Source of the DNA: an uncultured Bacteroidales bacterium
Lineage (GTDB): Bacteria > Bacteroidota > Bacteroidia > Bacteroidales > GCA-2748055
Reading direction: 5' to 3'
DNA length: 64,000 nt
Assembly (NCBI GenBank): GCA_963809925.1
Contig: CAWELH010000004.1
Coordinates: 64,715-128,714, forward strand
Part shown: positions 19,983-31,400 of the stretch, piece after piece
Position numbering within the stretch: position 1 is the first letter of the stretch
Layout: every line of letters starts with the position of its first letter
Translations under genes and position numbers: made by a program
The notes under the pieces: model-generated
Database searches by the model: none
The model's input: only the letters and a program-made list of their open reading frames with translations
What the model was told of the DNA's origin: nothing

Positions 19983-21338
19983 TTACTGAGAGAAGAAGAA
20001 GTTATTCAGCTCGAAGACGTCTTCCACGCTGAAATTTAGCTTGTAATCAAAATAATTGTCGATACTTATCAGAAGTTCCTCAAAAGAAATATAACCATCG
20101 CCATCCGTATCAAGCTTTTTGAATTTTTCAGGTATCTCTGTCACGGATTTTCGCACGTAGCCGTGTCCGATCGTTGAGAAATAGTTTTTAATTTCCTCAC
20201 GGCTCATCGCGTCACCTCTTTGGAGCAAGGTTTTGAGATAGGTTTCTTCGGTGATCGTGCGGCCGTTATCATCCACCCATGATCCAGTTGCGGTACCCGG
20301 TTCCTTGTCTCTGAAATCGGGAATGCCATCCTTATCCGTGTCGAGAGGGCAGCCGGTAGAATCTGTTGCAATGCCATATGGCGTACCCGGACATTCATCG
20401 ACGGCATCGAGGATGAAGTCACCATCTTCATCATCATACATAATACTGTCAAATTCCAGTTCGGCAAACATCTTTTCAACTACCTGGGTTTGGGGTTGTG
20501 AAAACAGATCAAGCTGAAAAGCGAAGTAATTGTAACTGAATTTATCCAGTCCTTTTTTCCCTTTCACAGAGGTGCCGCTGCTGCTGATGTTATCTAGATA
20601 ATCGGTAAGGGTGAAATGCAGGGAGCTTCCAAGCTGGCATGATACACGGTCTGAGATTTTAAAGTTTAGGCCGATGTCGACAGGGATGGAAAATGTACTT
20701 GTTCCGTATGCCCCAAGCCCGTACAGTTTTTTTTCCCTTGTACGCAAGTCGGTTTCGTAAGTAAAATTCCTGTAAAGGAGCCGGCCAGCATTGATATCAT
20801 TTGCTGCGGCAGGCAGGTCCCTTATGGTTCCATCGCTCCAGTAATAATACATATTTCCGTCCTCATCCAGAAGATCAGCTTTGGGTGAGAACTGAATATT
20901 CTCAATACCTGCTGATACATAGGGATGGATGAATTTATTTTTCGGAATGAAATGTTCAAAGTTATATTCAGCACTTATACCGAAATCCGCAATGTCGGTG
21001 CTAAAATTCAGATTTCGTGAAAGGTCAGTTAATGATCGCTCATTGGCGGATATTTTGCCGTAGAGGAAGAAAAGGTTAAGCTTATAATATTTTTTCAAAT
21101 CGAGGAAGGTGGTGACCATGATACGGTAGCCGAAATCGCCAATCGACGGGGTGAAATAGTTATTTCGGATATCACCGTAATAGCTAAAGACGCCGGATCC
21201 CAAGCTAATCATCGGCTTATACATAGGATTCTCATTCGAAATTTCCTCCTGGAGGAGGTTTTCGATATCCTCATCCTGAGCAAAAGACGGCGCGGAAAAT
21301 AAGGTTAGCAGGATCAACCCTGGCAAAAATCGGCTCAT
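19983..21338 (-). CDS. Outer-membrane beta-barrel protein with thrombospondin type-3 Ca-binding repeats and a C-terminal EF-hand
   Basis: Signal peptide, then a beta-strand-rich N-terminal half, DTDKDGIPDFRD (TSP3-like) and DTDGDGYISFEEL (EF-hand loop). Confidence 0.65.
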   Translation of the reverse strand: MSRFLPGLILLTLFSAPSFAQDEDIENLLQEEISNENPMYKPMISLGSGVFSYYGDIRNNYFTPSIGDFGYRIMVTTFLDLKKYYKLNLFFLYGKISANERSLTDLSRNLNFSTDIADFGISAEYNFEHFIPKNKFIHPYVSAGIENIQFSPKADLLDEDGNMYYYWSDGTIRDLPAAANDINAGRLLYRNFTYETDLRTREKKLYGLGAYGTSTFSIPVDIGLNFKISDRVSCQLGSSLHFTLTDYLDNISSSGTSVKGKKGLDKFSYNYFAFQLDLFSQPQTQVVEKMFAELEFDSIMYDDEDGDFILDAVDECPGTPYGIATDSTGCPLDTDKDGIPDFRDKEPGTATGSWVDDNGRTITEETYLKTLLQRGDAMSREEIKNYFSTIGHGYVRKSVTEIPEKFKKLDTDGDGYISFEELLISIDNYFDYKLNFSVEDVFELNNFFFSQ

Positions 21339-21363
21339 AGAACTTCCTCATAAAGAGGTTCTT

Positions 21364-22686
21364 TCAGCGATACCATTTCTGTCGGGATATCATCAGGGCT
21401 TCCTGAACAGTGATCCGGTTCCCGTTATTATAGGCTGCGACAAATGCACCCTTTATAGGGGTGGTGTTCCATATGTTTACCCTGTAATTCCTGGCATCAT
21501 GGTATATGTCAAAAGAACCTGTGGTATATTTTCTCCATCCATCGTGGAACTCCATCTTCACGGGACTGGTAATTCGTTTTTTCTTAAAGTACGGTTCAAT
21601 ATTTATCTTTTTATGCCCTGCAGCCAACTGTATCCGGTAATAGATACCGGAGGAAGGCTGGAGCATCATCAATTCATCACCTGTGATCGTCCTGTCTTCA
21701 ATCAATGATTTCAGACTGTCGGCTTTTGTAACACCCGATGTCCCTGACTCTGTCAATGGATTGCCGCTGGTTGTATCGGCCACCGCGGAGGAATCAACGG
21801 TATTTTTACTCTCCGCAAGATCAAAATTATCGGCGACAACCGCAACAGTTTTTGACTGACTGCCACTAATATACGAAAAGGATCCTGAAATGTTCAAATC
21901 ACGGACAGTTTTCCCAGGATCGGGAATAAGCCTGTAACTGACAGTAAATTCAGATTCGGCGGGCAGGTTCATCCACAGGATCTTTATTGTGCCCTGACTG
22001 AAACTGAATATACCCTCTTTTGAATCGCCTTCTACGGCCCTGAATCCCTCGGGGACATATTCTTCGATTTTAGCAAATTTGTCGAGGTGATCTTTTTTCA
22101 CCAGCAATTCTACGGTAATTTCATGTGGCCCAGTTTGAACCGGATCTTTCCGTAATACAACCAGGTTTTCACCGGGGACGCCTCTTTGAAGTTCAGGGAG
22201 GATAACTTTTTCGTAATCTTTAATATCGACAATGAGGCTGTCGGGAACCGAAGGATCGGGAACTATCATTATCTCGTGTCCGCCGTCAACCGGGACGCTC
22301 TTTCGTTCATTCTCCTCAATGAAGGAAAACTCACCGGTCAGGAAAAAACTTCCCTTAAGTCTTTTATCGACGCTTATGTCGTAGGTAACCGTCACCACCG
22401 GATCGGACGGCAGCTTCAGCCATATGAACCGGACCCGTTGGTCCTCAAAGGAAAAGTCAGCGTTGGCTGTTGAAACACGTTTGGCTGTAAGACCATATGG
22501 CAAATCCTGGCTGAACCGGGAAAAACTCTCCAGGTTACCCTTATCAATGGTAAGAGTTATTTGAAAATTCTGCCCTCCATGAACTTCTGCCGGAACCTGC
22601 ATGCTGACATTGATTTCCTGATCGGTGAACCATGTGAACAGAACAACCGCCAGAAAATTCAACAGCAACACAAAATGCTTTATCAT
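21364..22686 (-). CDS. Membrane-anchored repeat protein with C-terminal SPOR domain
   Basis: The start at MIKHFVLLL is preferred. There are two similar ~150-aa modules and a C-terminal YYRIQLAAG... SPOR-like region. Confidence 0.6.
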   Translation of the reverse strand: MIKHFVLLLNFLAVVLFTWFTDQEINVSMQVPAEVHGGQNFQITLTIDKGNLESFSRFSQDLPYGLTAKRVSTANADFSFEDQRVRFIWLKLPSDPVVTVTYDISVDKRLKGSFFLTGEFSFIEENERKSVPVDGGHEIMIVPDPSVPDSLIVDIKDYEKVILPELQRGVPGENLVVLRKDPVQTGPHEITVELLVKKDHLDKFAKIEEYVPEGFRAVEGDSKEGIFSFSQGTIKILWMNLPAESEFTVSYRLIPDPGKTVRDLNISGSFSYISGSQSKTVAVVADNFDLAESKNTVDSSAVADTTSGNPLTESGTSGVTKADSLKSLIEDRTITGDELMMLQPSSGIYYRIQLAAGHKKINIEPYFKKKRITSPVKMEFHDGWRKYTTGSFDIYHDARNYRVNIWNTTPIKGAFVAAYNNGNRITVQEALMISRQKWYR

Positions 22687-22793
22687 AGGGCAACCGGTAT
22701 TTGTTGCGAAAAGTAAAAAGATAGCCAAGAAGATGAAACAGTCTTCTCTTCTAAGATATCAACAATAGCCGGTTCTTATTAACAGGCAGCTTC

Positions 22794-23504
22794 TCAGAAG
22801 TTGGGACTAAGGAGGTATTTGCCGTAAAACTGGTTAATATGTTCAACGGCTTCATCAGCCGTATCCACGACTGTGAAAAGGTCCATATCCTCTTCACTGA
22901 TGTTCGTTTCCCTTTCCAGCATCACTTCCCGGATCCATTTTACCAGTCCGCTCCAGTAATCGCTGCCTGCGAGTACAACGGGAAAGCGACCGACCTTGCC
23001 GGTCTGCATCAGGGTGATGGCCTCAAACAATTCATCAAAGGTTCCAAAGCCTCCGGGCAGGACGACAAAGCCCTGGGCATATTTTAAAAACATAACTTTT
23101 CTTACGAAGAAGTGCCTGAAAGTGATCAGCTTGTCAGCATCGATAAACAGGTTGGCACTCTGTTCATGCGGAAGGTCGATATTGATGCCGACACTTTTAC
23201 CATTCCCTTTCTTTGCACCCATATTTGCGGCTTCCATAATTCCGGGTCCGCCACCCGTAATCACACCATAACCTTGTTGTGTAAGCTTGAAGGCGATCTC
23301 TTCAGCAAGTTTAAAATACCGGTTATCCGGTTGGGTTCTTGCTGAGCCGAATATGGACACACAGGGCCCAATACTCCCCAGTTTCTCAAATCCTTCAACA
23401 AACTCTGCCATGATCTTGAAGATCTGCCAGGAATCTGATGTTTTTATTTCGTTCCAGTCTTTCGGTTTAAATGCTCTGATAATTTTTTCCTCACTTGATG
23501 ACAT
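22794..23504 (-). CDS. LOG family protein (TIGR00730, cytokinin riboside 5'-monophosphate phosphoribohydrolase-like)
   Basis: GGGPGIMEAANMGA and PGGFGTFDELFE motifs. Confidence 0.9.
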   Translation of the reverse strand: MSSSEEKIIRAFKPKDWNEIKTSDSWQIFKIMAEFVEGFEKLGSIGPCVSIFGSARTQPDNRYFKLAEEIAFKLTQQGYGVITGGGPGIMEAANMGAKKGNGKSVGINIDLPHEQSANLFIDADKLITFRHFFVRKVMFLKYAQGFVVLPGGFGTFDELFEAITLMQTGKVGRFPVVLAGSDYWSGLVKWIREVMLERETNISEEDMDLFTVVDTADEAVEHINQFYGKYLLSPNF

Positions 23505-23823
23505 ATAATAGTGTTTTTAATGTTTCATTCAAATGTAATATTTATTTTTCTTTCTGAAACCCTCACCTTTTTGACGGATTCAAGCCGGGAAGAGTTCCTG
23601 ATATAAAAGCTTGAAAATGCAAGGCTTTCAGATCAACAGGAGAACAGACGCGTACCTGATTTTTCTGAAGGTTCATGCGCTGCCCGGATGAAGGTCCGTA
23701 ACCCTGATTCAGATCCTTGTTAAAGGGAAATTGCCTGTAAACGAAGGAAGCAAAGGTTTAGTAATTTTCAACATACCGGGCATACCGGGAGAGGGTTCTC
23801 ACTTCCGTTTTTAATCATGATGA

Positions 23824-26718
23824 TCACGATTTCTCTGCAGTCTGAGGTTGCCGTTTTTCAAAACTGCTCTTAAGTTCTTTTCTGAGGAACTGACCTGTGT
23901 AGGAATCAGGGTTCTCTGCCACTTCTTCCGGTGTTCCTGTGGCGATAATCTCACCACCGGCATTCCCGCCATCTTTTCCGATGTCGATGATATAATCCGC
24001 AGTTTTGATCACATCCATATTATGCTCAATCATGATCACCGTATTGCCTTTGTCGACAAGTTTACCAATGACTTCGAGCAGCACACGCACATCTTCAAAG
24101 TGCAGGCCGGTAGTTGGTTCATCCAGGATATACAGTGTTTTTCCGGTATCTTTTTTTGCCAGTTCAGCAGATAGCTTCACACGCTGCGATTCCCCGCCGG
24201 AGAGTGTTGTGGAAGGCTGTCCCAGTGTTATATAACCAAGTCCTACCTCCTTGAGCGTTTTGATCTTTCGTTTTATGGAAGGGATGTTGTTGAAGAACTC
24301 AAGCGCCTGGTTGATGGTCATGTTGAGGACGTCGTTGATATTTTTCCCTTTATATTTTACATCCAGCGTTTCCCGGTTATAGCGCTTGCCGTTACAGTCG
24401 CGGCATGTTACATACACATCGGGCAGGAAGTTCATCTCTATGGTTTCCACTCCGGCTCCTCTGCAGGTTTCGCAACGTCCTCCCGCAACATTAAAAGAAA
24501 ACCGGCCTGCATTATATCCTCTGATCTTTGCTTCCGGTGTCAGCTCAAAAAGTTTGCGGATGTCGCCAAACACACTGGTATAGGTTGCAGGGTTAGAACG
24601 TGGTGTACGCCCGAGTGGCGACTGGTCAACCTCGATAACCTTATCAAGATTTTCAATGCCACTTATACTCTTATAAGCCAGGGGATCTTTGTCGCTCCGG
24701 TAAAAGTTCTGACTCAGGATAGGATGAATGGTTTCATTCACCAGCGTCGATTTTCCGCTTCCTGAAACGCCGGTGACACAAATAAACCTGCCCAGTGGGA
24801 AGGAAGCTGTGACATTTTTCAGGTTGTTTCCTGCAGCGCCTTTCAGGATCAGGTTCTTGCCGTTACCCTCCCGCCGTTTGGACGGGACTGCAATTAACTT
24901 CCGGAAATGAAGGTAATCTGTGGTCAGCGTTTCAATCGACATGATATCTTCCGGCTTTCCTTCTGCCACTACATGTCCGCCATGCCGCCCGGCAAATGGT
25001 CCCATATCGACAATGAAATCCGCAGACTCGATCATTTCCCTGTCATGTTCAACCACGATGATGGAATTCCCGTTATCCCTTAGTTGCCGTAAGGAATGGA
25101 TAAGTTTGAGGTTATCTTTCTGATGAAGACCTATACTGGGTTCATCGAGGATATAGAGTACATTGACAAGTTGTGAACCGATCTGTGTAGCCAGCCTGAT
25201 ACGCTGGCTTTCCCCGCCTGAGAGACTTCTCGACGGGCGGTCGAGGGCCAGGTAATTAAGACCCACATCCAGGAGAAACTTCAGTCGGTTCCTGATCTCC
25301 TTGAGGATGTCCCTTGCTATGATATTCTGCTTTGCGCTCAGTCGCGGCTCGATATTCAAAAACCACTCATAAAGGCCGTTGATATCCATACCGGCAAGTT
25401 CCGATATATTTTTGCCGTCGATACGGAAGTACAGGGATTCTTTCCTCAGCCGTGCACCGTTGCATTCCGGACAGGTGATTTTTCTGATAAACTGGTTTGC
25501 CCACTTTTGCTGACTTCGGCTATTGTTCTCAGTGTTGTGGTTCTGAATATAGCTGATTACACCTTCGAAAGTCAGGAAATAGTTAGAAGAGGAGCCTAAG
25601 GGTGTGTTGGAGAGTTTTAAAGGTTCCTCAGTGCCGTGGAGTATCCTGTTCAGTGCATCTTCAGGTATGTTCTCTACCGGATCATTGAGCGAGAAGTCAA
25701 ACTTTCTGGCGAGAGATTCAAGCTGCCAGAAGATAAGTGAATTTTTATATGGTCCCAGAGGTTTGATTGCACCTTTCCGAATGCTTTGCGACTGATCCGG
25801 AATGATTCTGTTAATATCAATCTCACTGATAACACCAAGACCGTTACATACTGGACATGCACCCTGCGGAGAATTGAAGGAGAAGGAATGGGGTGCCGGC
25901 TCATTATACGAAATGCCCGATGTGGGGCACATAAGCTGACGGCTGAAAAATCTTGGTGTTTCACTGTCTTTTTCGAGAACCATCATGATCCCCTTACCCT
26001 GATCCATCGATGTTTTAACCGATTCCTTCAATCTTTTCCTGTCATCTTCACTCACTTCAACCTTGTCGATGAGGATCTCGATATTATGTGTCTTGTAGCG
26101 GTCGACGCGCATCCCGGGCCTTACTTCTTCGATTTCACCGTCTATTCTGGCTGAAATAAAGCCTTTTTTGCGGATTTGTTCGAAGAGTTCCTTGTAATGT
26201 CCTTTTCTTCCTTTTACCACCGGAGCCAGCAGATATAGTTTTTTTCCGGCAAATTTCGTGGAGATGAGGTCGATGATCTGATCGTCGGTGTGCCGTACCA
26301 TTTTTTCACCGGTGACATATGAAAATGCTTCAGATCCCCGGGCATAAAGAAGCCTCAGAAAGTCGTAGATCTCTGTGATGGTGCCAACAGTAGAACGTGG
26401 GTTTTTATTGGTGGTTTTTTGTTCGATGGAAATGACAGGGCTGAGACCGGTGATCTTATCCACGTCAGGGCGTTCCATATTGCCCAGGAACTGGCGGGCA
26501 TACGCCGACATGGTCTCAATATACCGTCTTTGTCCTTCGGCATAGATGGTATCAAAGGCGAGCGATGATTTACCGCTTCCGCTGAGGCCTGTGATGACGG
26601 TAAGCTTGTTCCGGGGAATTTCTACGTCAATATTTTTGAGGTTGTGGACACGTGCGCCCAGTATACTGATCTTCTTTTCACCTTTTTCAGGATGTTTATC
26701 TCTATCCCTGGTTTTCAA
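23824..26718 (-). CDS. uvrA: Excinuclease ABC subunit UvrA
   Basis: 964 aa with two ABC modules ([18 protein letters not shown]) and zinc-finger CxxC pairs. Confidence 0.98.
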   Translation of the reverse strand: MKTRDRDKHPEKGEKKISILGARVHNLKNIDVEIPRNKLTVITGLSGSGKSSLAFDTIYAEGQRRYIETMSAYARQFLGNMERPDVDKITGLSPVISIEQKTTNKNPRSTVGTITEIYDFLRLLYARGSEAFSYVTGEKMVRHTDDQIIDLISTKFAGKKLYLLAPVVKGRKGHYKELFEQIRKKGFISARIDGEIEEVRPGMRVDRYKTHNIEILIDKVEVSEDDRKRLKESVKTSMDQGKGIMMVLEKDSETPRFFSRQLMCPTSGISYNEPAPHSFSFNSPQGACPVCNGLGVISEIDINRIIPDQSQSIRKGAIKPLGPYKNSLIFWQLESLARKFDFSLNDPVENIPEDALNRILHGTEEPLKLSNTPLGSSSNYFLTFEGVISYIQNHNTENNSRSQQKWANQFIRKITCPECNGARLRKESLYFRIDGKNISELAGMDINGLYEWFLNIEPRLSAKQNIIARDILKEIRNRLKFLLDVGLNYLALDRPSRSLSGGESQRIRLATQIGSQLVNVLYILDEPSIGLHQKDNLKLIHSLRQLRDNGNSIIVVEHDREMIESADFIVDMGPFAGRHGGHVVAEGKPEDIMSIETLTTDYLHFRKLIAVPSKRREGNGKNLILKGAAGNNLKNVTASFPLGRFICVTGVSGSGKSTLVNETIHPILSQNFYRSDKDPLAYKSISGIENLDKVIEVDQSPLGRTPRSNPATYTSVFGDIRKLFELTPEAKIRGYNAGRFSFNVAGGRCETCRGAGVETIEMNFLPDVYVTCRDCNGKRYNRETLDVKYKGKNINDVLNMTINQALEFFNNIPSIKRKIKTLKEVGLGYITLGQPSTTLSGGESQRVKLSAELAKKDTGKTLYILDEPTTGLHFEDVRVLLEVIGKLVDKGNTVIMIEHNMDVIKTADYIIDIGKDGGNAGGEIIATGTPEEVAENPDSYTGQFLRKELKSSFEKRQPQTAEKS

Positions 26719-27710
26719 TTCGCCTCCTGTACTCCTTTTTGATCATCAAGCCGTGCATCAACCCGCGAAGGATCGAAGTACCCGTCGCGGGGTATCTTGA
26801 CATAATATATTTTTTTCCTGCTGTTGGTAAGCGATGCTTCACGCAGCCACGGATTCATGAGTTTCAGAATTTTATAGTTAATCCCGTATTTCCTGGCAAA
26901 TTCGGAAAAATCTGCCACCGCACCTTCCACGCTTACTTCATAATAGGGAACCGCGGGATATAAGTCTTTTTCACCAACATAAAACCCGAATTTTGAAGGG
27001 TTTGAAAGAATCAGCTTATATGCCAGTATCCTGTACACATAACGGGATGTCTCCTCATATAACAAAAGATCATAGTATTGTGTTTCATTCTGTCGATTGA
27101 TCTGAAGGTCCATCCCTCTGCGGCCTGCATTATATGAGGCAGCAGCCATGGTCCAGCTGCCAAATTTTTCATACGAATCACGGAGATATTTACACGCGGC
27201 AACAGTAGCCTTTTCAAGGTTGTAGCGTTCATCGATTTCATTGTTCACCTCAAGACCAATTTCTTTTGCGGTACCTTCGAGGAGCTGCCAGAATCCTACT
27301 GCTCCCGCGGGGGACACCGCATTGGTCAGTCCACTCTCAGCCACTGGCAGATATTTGAAATCGTCTGGAATATCGTACTCTTTCAGTATTTTCTCGATAA
27401 CTGGGAAGTACCGGTTTGCGCGTTTAATAAACAGAAGGGTCTGAGACTGCCAATAGGTATTTACGAGAATTTCCCTGTCGAGACTTTCCCTGATATCAAT
27501 CTGGTCGACAGGGACCTTTTCACCGGCAAACTCAAGTTCATCGGGAAGATCTACGGAAAATATGGCGTAATGATTCGCGGGTTCATCAGGCAGAGGCAGC
27601 GATTCTTCTGCCGATGTCATCGTTCCACGGTTAATATACATCATTCCTGCCGTCAGAATCAGAGCTGAGGCAGCCAACATCCATGACTGTCTTGCAGTTA
27701 GCATCTTCAT
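26715..27710 (-). CDS. Lytic transglycosylase (SLT domain) protein
   Basis: [19 protein letters not shown] and AAASYNAG are SLT/GEWL motifs. The gene overlaps the uvrA start by 4 nt. Confidence 0.75.
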   Translation of the reverse strand: MKMLTARQSWMLAASALILTAGMMYINRGTMTSAEESLPLPDEPANHYAIFSVDLPDELEFAGEKVPVDQIDIRESLDREILVNTYWQSQTLLFIKRANRYFPVIEKILKEYDIPDDFKYLPVAESGLTNAVSPAGAVGFWQLLEGTAKEIGLEVNNEIDERYNLEKATVAACKYLRDSYEKFGSWTMAAASYNAGRRGMDLQINRQNETQYYDLLLYEETSRYVYRILAYKLILSNPSKFGFYVGEKDLYPAVPYYEVSVEGAVADFSEFARKYGINYKILKLMNPWLREASLTNSRKKIYYVKIPRDGYFDPSRVDARLDDQKGVQEAN

Positions 27711-27862
27711 ACTTCCATAAAATTCAAGTGAACTAAATATACTGGGCTGGTTGTCCTGGCATCTACAGACACAAACTTAATAATTTCTTCAGGAAAATAT
27801 TGCGATATCTCCCTTATACAAAATCAGTAAAAACAATCCAGAGCAACGACCGCTGATACGGG

Positions 27863-29332
27863 TCAGAATTCATACCGGACACCAGTGTATAACCCTATAT
27901 AATACGGTCTTGTAGCAATAAGGTTATGATTATTGAAAGAATTTAAATAATATTTTAATTGAGGCTCAAGTGTGAATAACAGACGTTTGCTTACATCGAT
28001 GTCCATGCCTATTCCGATGTTGCCACTGTAGTTCACTTTCCTGACATCCCTGGTGGTTCCGAAATAACTTTTTTCACCGTCATTATTGAGAATAACGTCA
28101 CTGGCGAGGAGGAAATTCGTACTCAGGCCGCCGAGAAGGTTAAGATCGATGGTTCTGTCAATAACCTTATATTGAAGCATAAACGGGACTTCAATAAAAT
28201 GAAACAACTGATTTATGCTGAAACTGGCAGGATCATAGGAACCAATATTACTAAACAGGGTACCCGGACTGTCGGTGTAGCTCGTCATAAGGTTTTTCGA
28301 ACTACTGTTCGCGCTGACCAGAATCTGTTCGCTTTCTGCAGAACTTACCTCTCCGATGGAATTGCCGACAAAGATGAGATTGGTTTCCCTGATAGTACCT
28401 ATGTTGGAATCGTTATGTTCGGAAATAAGTCCGGCAAATGTTTCAATATTATCCACTTCTATGCCGAGTCTCGAATAGATCACTCCTGATTGAATGCTGA
28501 GACGTTTCGAAGCCTGGATACCGACATTAATACCTCCGGAATAGCTGATCATCGGATTTTCTGACTGGTTATAATACGTCTGAATATCTGCTTTCTGGTT
28601 CTCCAGACTACGGTATGAGTATACCGGGCTAAAGGATGCGGATAGATATATTTTACCTTCAGCAGGTGATTTCCTGGTCTGAAGCTCGGTATAAGGGATG
28701 AGCATATCCCAGGAAGCGATGAGTTTCGACTCATTCTTTATTATTGTGTCGTCGGCAGTGTGATGAGTACCCGGGAAGGGTAAGTTCCTGTACCGGTCAT
28801 CCGGGATCCGGTTATTGCTTTCCAGCGGTGGATTCGCACCGGTAAGTTCTTCATTACCGGTAGCCGGAAATGAGACTTGATCTTTAATGACGGGGATATT
28901 TATGTCCGTAGTGACTATTTTCCCTGTATTCTGCAGACTTATTTTTTTGGCGGTGACGGGTGGGGGAGTGGTAGAATTTTCATTCGCGGATACCGTTTTG
29001 TGCTGTGCGGGGCTGGTTGTTGCCACCTTTTGTTTTTCCGTTCGTTCTGTCCGGATTTTCTCTACTGGTGCAGTCTTTTTCGTTTCCTGTCCGGCCAATG
29101 GCTCATTAAGCTTACCGTTATCCAGGTTTCTGAAATAAAAATATCCAAGACCGAAAGCTGTAAGAATTGCCATTCCGGCGGCCATCCGAAGGAAGGGCAC
29201 GAGCATTTTTTTACGACGTTGAACCGTCATATTTTCCACGATTCCTTCCCAGATCAGCTCCGGAGGATCCTTCCTGTAGTTTTTCAGCTTTTCACTGAAA
29301 ATCTCATCCGTTGTATGTTTTCTCTCGTCCAT
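27863..29332 (-). CDS. Sigma-associated membrane protein with C-terminal porin-like beta-barrel domain (possible anti-sigma partner)
   Basis: It starts 3 nt after the ECF sigma stop. A single TM helix lies near residue 50 and the C-terminal half is beta-rich and ends in F. Confidence 0.5.
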   Translation of the reverse strand: MDERKHTTDEIFSEKLKNYRKDPPELIWEGIVENMTVQRRKKMLVPFLRMAAGMAILTAFGLGYFYFRNLDNGKLNEPLAGQETKKTAPVEKIRTERTEKQKVATTSPAQHKTVSANENSTTPPPVTAKKISLQNTGKIVTTDINIPVIKDQVSFPATGNEELTGANPPLESNNRIPDDRYRNLPFPGTHHTADDTIIKNESKLIASWDMLIPYTELQTRKSPAEGKIYLSASFSPVYSYRSLENQKADIQTYYNQSENPMISYSGGINVGIQASKRLSIQSGVIYSRLGIEVDNIETFAGLISEHNDSNIGTIRETNLIFVGNSIGEVSSAESEQILVSANSSSKNLMTSYTDSPGTLFSNIGSYDPASFSINQLFHFIEVPFMLQYKVIDRTIDLNLLGGLSTNFLLASDVILNNDGEKSYFGTTRDVRKVNYSGNIGIGMDIDVSKRLLFTLEPQLKYYLNSFNNHNLIATRPYYIGLYTGVRYEF

Positions 29333-29334
29333 TG

Positions 29335-29886
29335 CTACTTTGCTTCCCGTGTTTCGCGGTATAAAACCTTTAATTTTTCCTGCAACACCGACCTTGCGCG
29401 TGAGAGGTTGGATTTGGATGTACCTTCTGAAATCCCCAGCATCTCAGCAATTTCCTTATGACTGTAACCTTCAATGGCATACATGTTAAAAACCATTCTA
29501 TATTTTGGCGTCAGAGATCTGATCAGTCCTGTAATCTCATCCGCTGTGATGCTTTCAATGCTCTCTGATGGTACGGATTCAATTTGTCCGACTACCTTTT
29601 CGTCGATTCTCTCCATTATTACAGCTCCCCTGTATCTCTCGAGAGCCGTATTGATAAGGATTCTTCTGATCCAGCCTTCCAGAGATCCTTTGCCCGAGTA
29701 CTGTCCGATTTTGTTAAACACTTTAATAAAACCATCCTGCATGATATCTCTGGCATCATCCTCATTGCCCGCATATCGCAGGCAGAGGCCATACATTGTT
29801 GGGGCAACAAGCCGGTATAGTGCTTCCTGGCTTCTGCTGTTACCCTTTATACAACCCTCTAGTATGTTGTCAGGGATATTTGTCAC
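29335..29886 (-). CDS. ECF-type RNA polymerase sigma-70 family factor
   Basis: 183 aa. Region 2 (DARDIMQDGFIKVF) and a region 4 helix-turn-helix (YSHKEIAEMLGISEGTSKSNLSRAR). Confidence 0.9.
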   Translation of the reverse strand: MTNIPDNILEGCIKGNSRSQEALYRLVAPTMYGLCLRYAGNEDDARDIMQDGFIKVFNKIGQYSGKGSLEGWIRRILINTALERYRGAVIMERIDEKVVGQIESVPSESIESITADEITGLIRSLTPKYRMVFNMYAIEGYSHKEIAEMLGISEGTSKSNLSRARSVLQEKLKVLYRETREAK

Positions 29887-30120
29887 GCCGTTAAATTTAC
29901 CGTAAATTTATCACTCTTCTCCGGACGGACAAATACCTGTCATTAACTCGGACCGGTTTCATCTCTCCTTCAGATGTGAAATGCATCCTGAACGTTGCGT
30001 GATAAAATGATAATTCTGACGCAACGGTTGTGTGGAATGTCTCATCATTAAGTAGAAGTCAGGAAATAGTACTTAACCTGTGTTCATGAAATTCGTTGAA
30101 AACCATTAATAGATTCCACG

Positions 30121-31359
30121 ATGAAATATTTACTCAAACCTCTTATCGTAGCAGTGATTTCAATCCCCCTGATTGTTTCTTGCCAAAAAAATAAGGATAC
30201 TATACCGGAACCAGGGTACCTTGCCACGGATAAAAAAGCCGCCGAACTGATATCTGCTGATAACGCCTTCGCATTCGATCTACTGTATGAAACGGATAAA
30301 TTAAATGAAAAGGATAATTATATGATCTCACCACTCAGTGTGGCAATAGCCCTGGGCATGGCATATAACGGTTCTGAAAATGACACCAGGCTGGCGTTTG
30401 AGCACACACTCCGTCTCAACGGTCTGTCAAGACATGAAATCAACCGCATTCATGGTGATCTTCAAAATTACCTTAAAAAGGCCGACGGAAATGTGAACTT
30501 CGAAATTGCCAATTCCATCTGGGTAAATTATCTGTATACATTGAATCAATCCTTTGCCGATACCAATTCCTATTATTATCATGCCGAAGTGGCCAATATT
30601 GATTTCTTCTCGGGAAATGCAGAAGATATTATCAATAGCTGGGTTTCTGACAACACGCACGAGAAGATTTTATCAGTGATCGACGAAATTCCGGGTGATG
30701 CCGTCATGTACCTGATCAATGCCATTTACTTCAACGGACCATGGAAATATGCCTTCGATGAAGATGAAACGGCCGGCATGGGCTTCCACTATGATGATGG
30801 CACCGCGGGGAATGTGATGACCATGAGGATGGAGTCGGATGTAAAATTCTACAGCAACGACACGTTTAAAGCCATTCAGCTGCCCTATGGGAACGGGAAT
30901 TTCGTGATGGATGTCATTCTCCCTGATGACAATAAAACGGTTTCAGATGCTACACTATGGCTGACCGGGCATAATGACGGGAAATGGTTTGACGATTTTA
31001 ATGAAGCCAAGGGGCTTCTCATCAAATTGCCCAAATTCAAATTCGAATACGACAATCTGCTGAATGATCCCCTGACTGAAATGGGATTGGGCATCGCTTT
31101 TACCGGATCAGCCGATTTCAGCAGCATGTTCGAAGATCTGAAAAGTCTTGCCATTTCAAAGGTGATTCATAAAACCTACATCGACGTGAGTGAAAAGGGC
31201 ACTGAAGCTGCGGCGGTCACTGCCATAGAGATGGAAACTACCTCTGCAATGGAACCATCCTCCTTCATCGTCGATAAACCTTTTCTCTTTACGATACGGG
31301 AGAAAAATACCGGTGCCGTAATTTTTACGGGCAAGGTTGGTAGACCGGTGTATGAATGA
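30121..31359 (+). CDS. Serpin (serine protease inhibitor) lipoprotein
   Basis: 412 aa. Lipobox LIVSC, serpin body, hinge and reactive-centre region GTEAAAVTAIEMETTSAM, then FIVDKPFLFTIRE. Confidence 0.9.
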   Translation: MKYLLKPLIVAVISIPLIVSCQKNKDTIPEPGYLATDKKAAELISADNAFAFDLLYETDKLNEKDNYMISPLSVAIALGMAYNGSENDTRLAFEHTLRLNGLSRHEINRIHGDLQNYLKKADGNVNFEIANSIWVNYLYTLNQSFADTNSYYYHAEVANIDFFSGNAEDIINSWVSDNTHEKILSVIDEIPGDAVMYLINAIYFNGPWKYAFDEDETAGMGFHYDDGTAGNVMTMRMESDVKFYSNDTFKAIQLPYGNGNFVMDVILPDDNKTVSDATLWLTGHNDGKWFDDFNEAKGLLIKLPKFKFEYDNLLNDPLTEMGLGIAFTGSADFSSMFEDLKSLAISKVIHKTYIDVSEKGTEAAAVTAIEMETTSAMEPSSFIVDKPFLFTIREKNTGAVIFTGKVGRPVYE

Positions 31360-31400
31360 CAGGGGGGCTTTTCTTCCTAATAAAAGGATCTAGCTTTACC

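Noticed and set aside
23848-26800. Many 60-120 aa ORFs antisense or out of frame within uvrA, and similar ones inside other long genes.
   Set aside because: They are shadow ORFs of a strongly supported 964-aa gene and have no independent coding signal.
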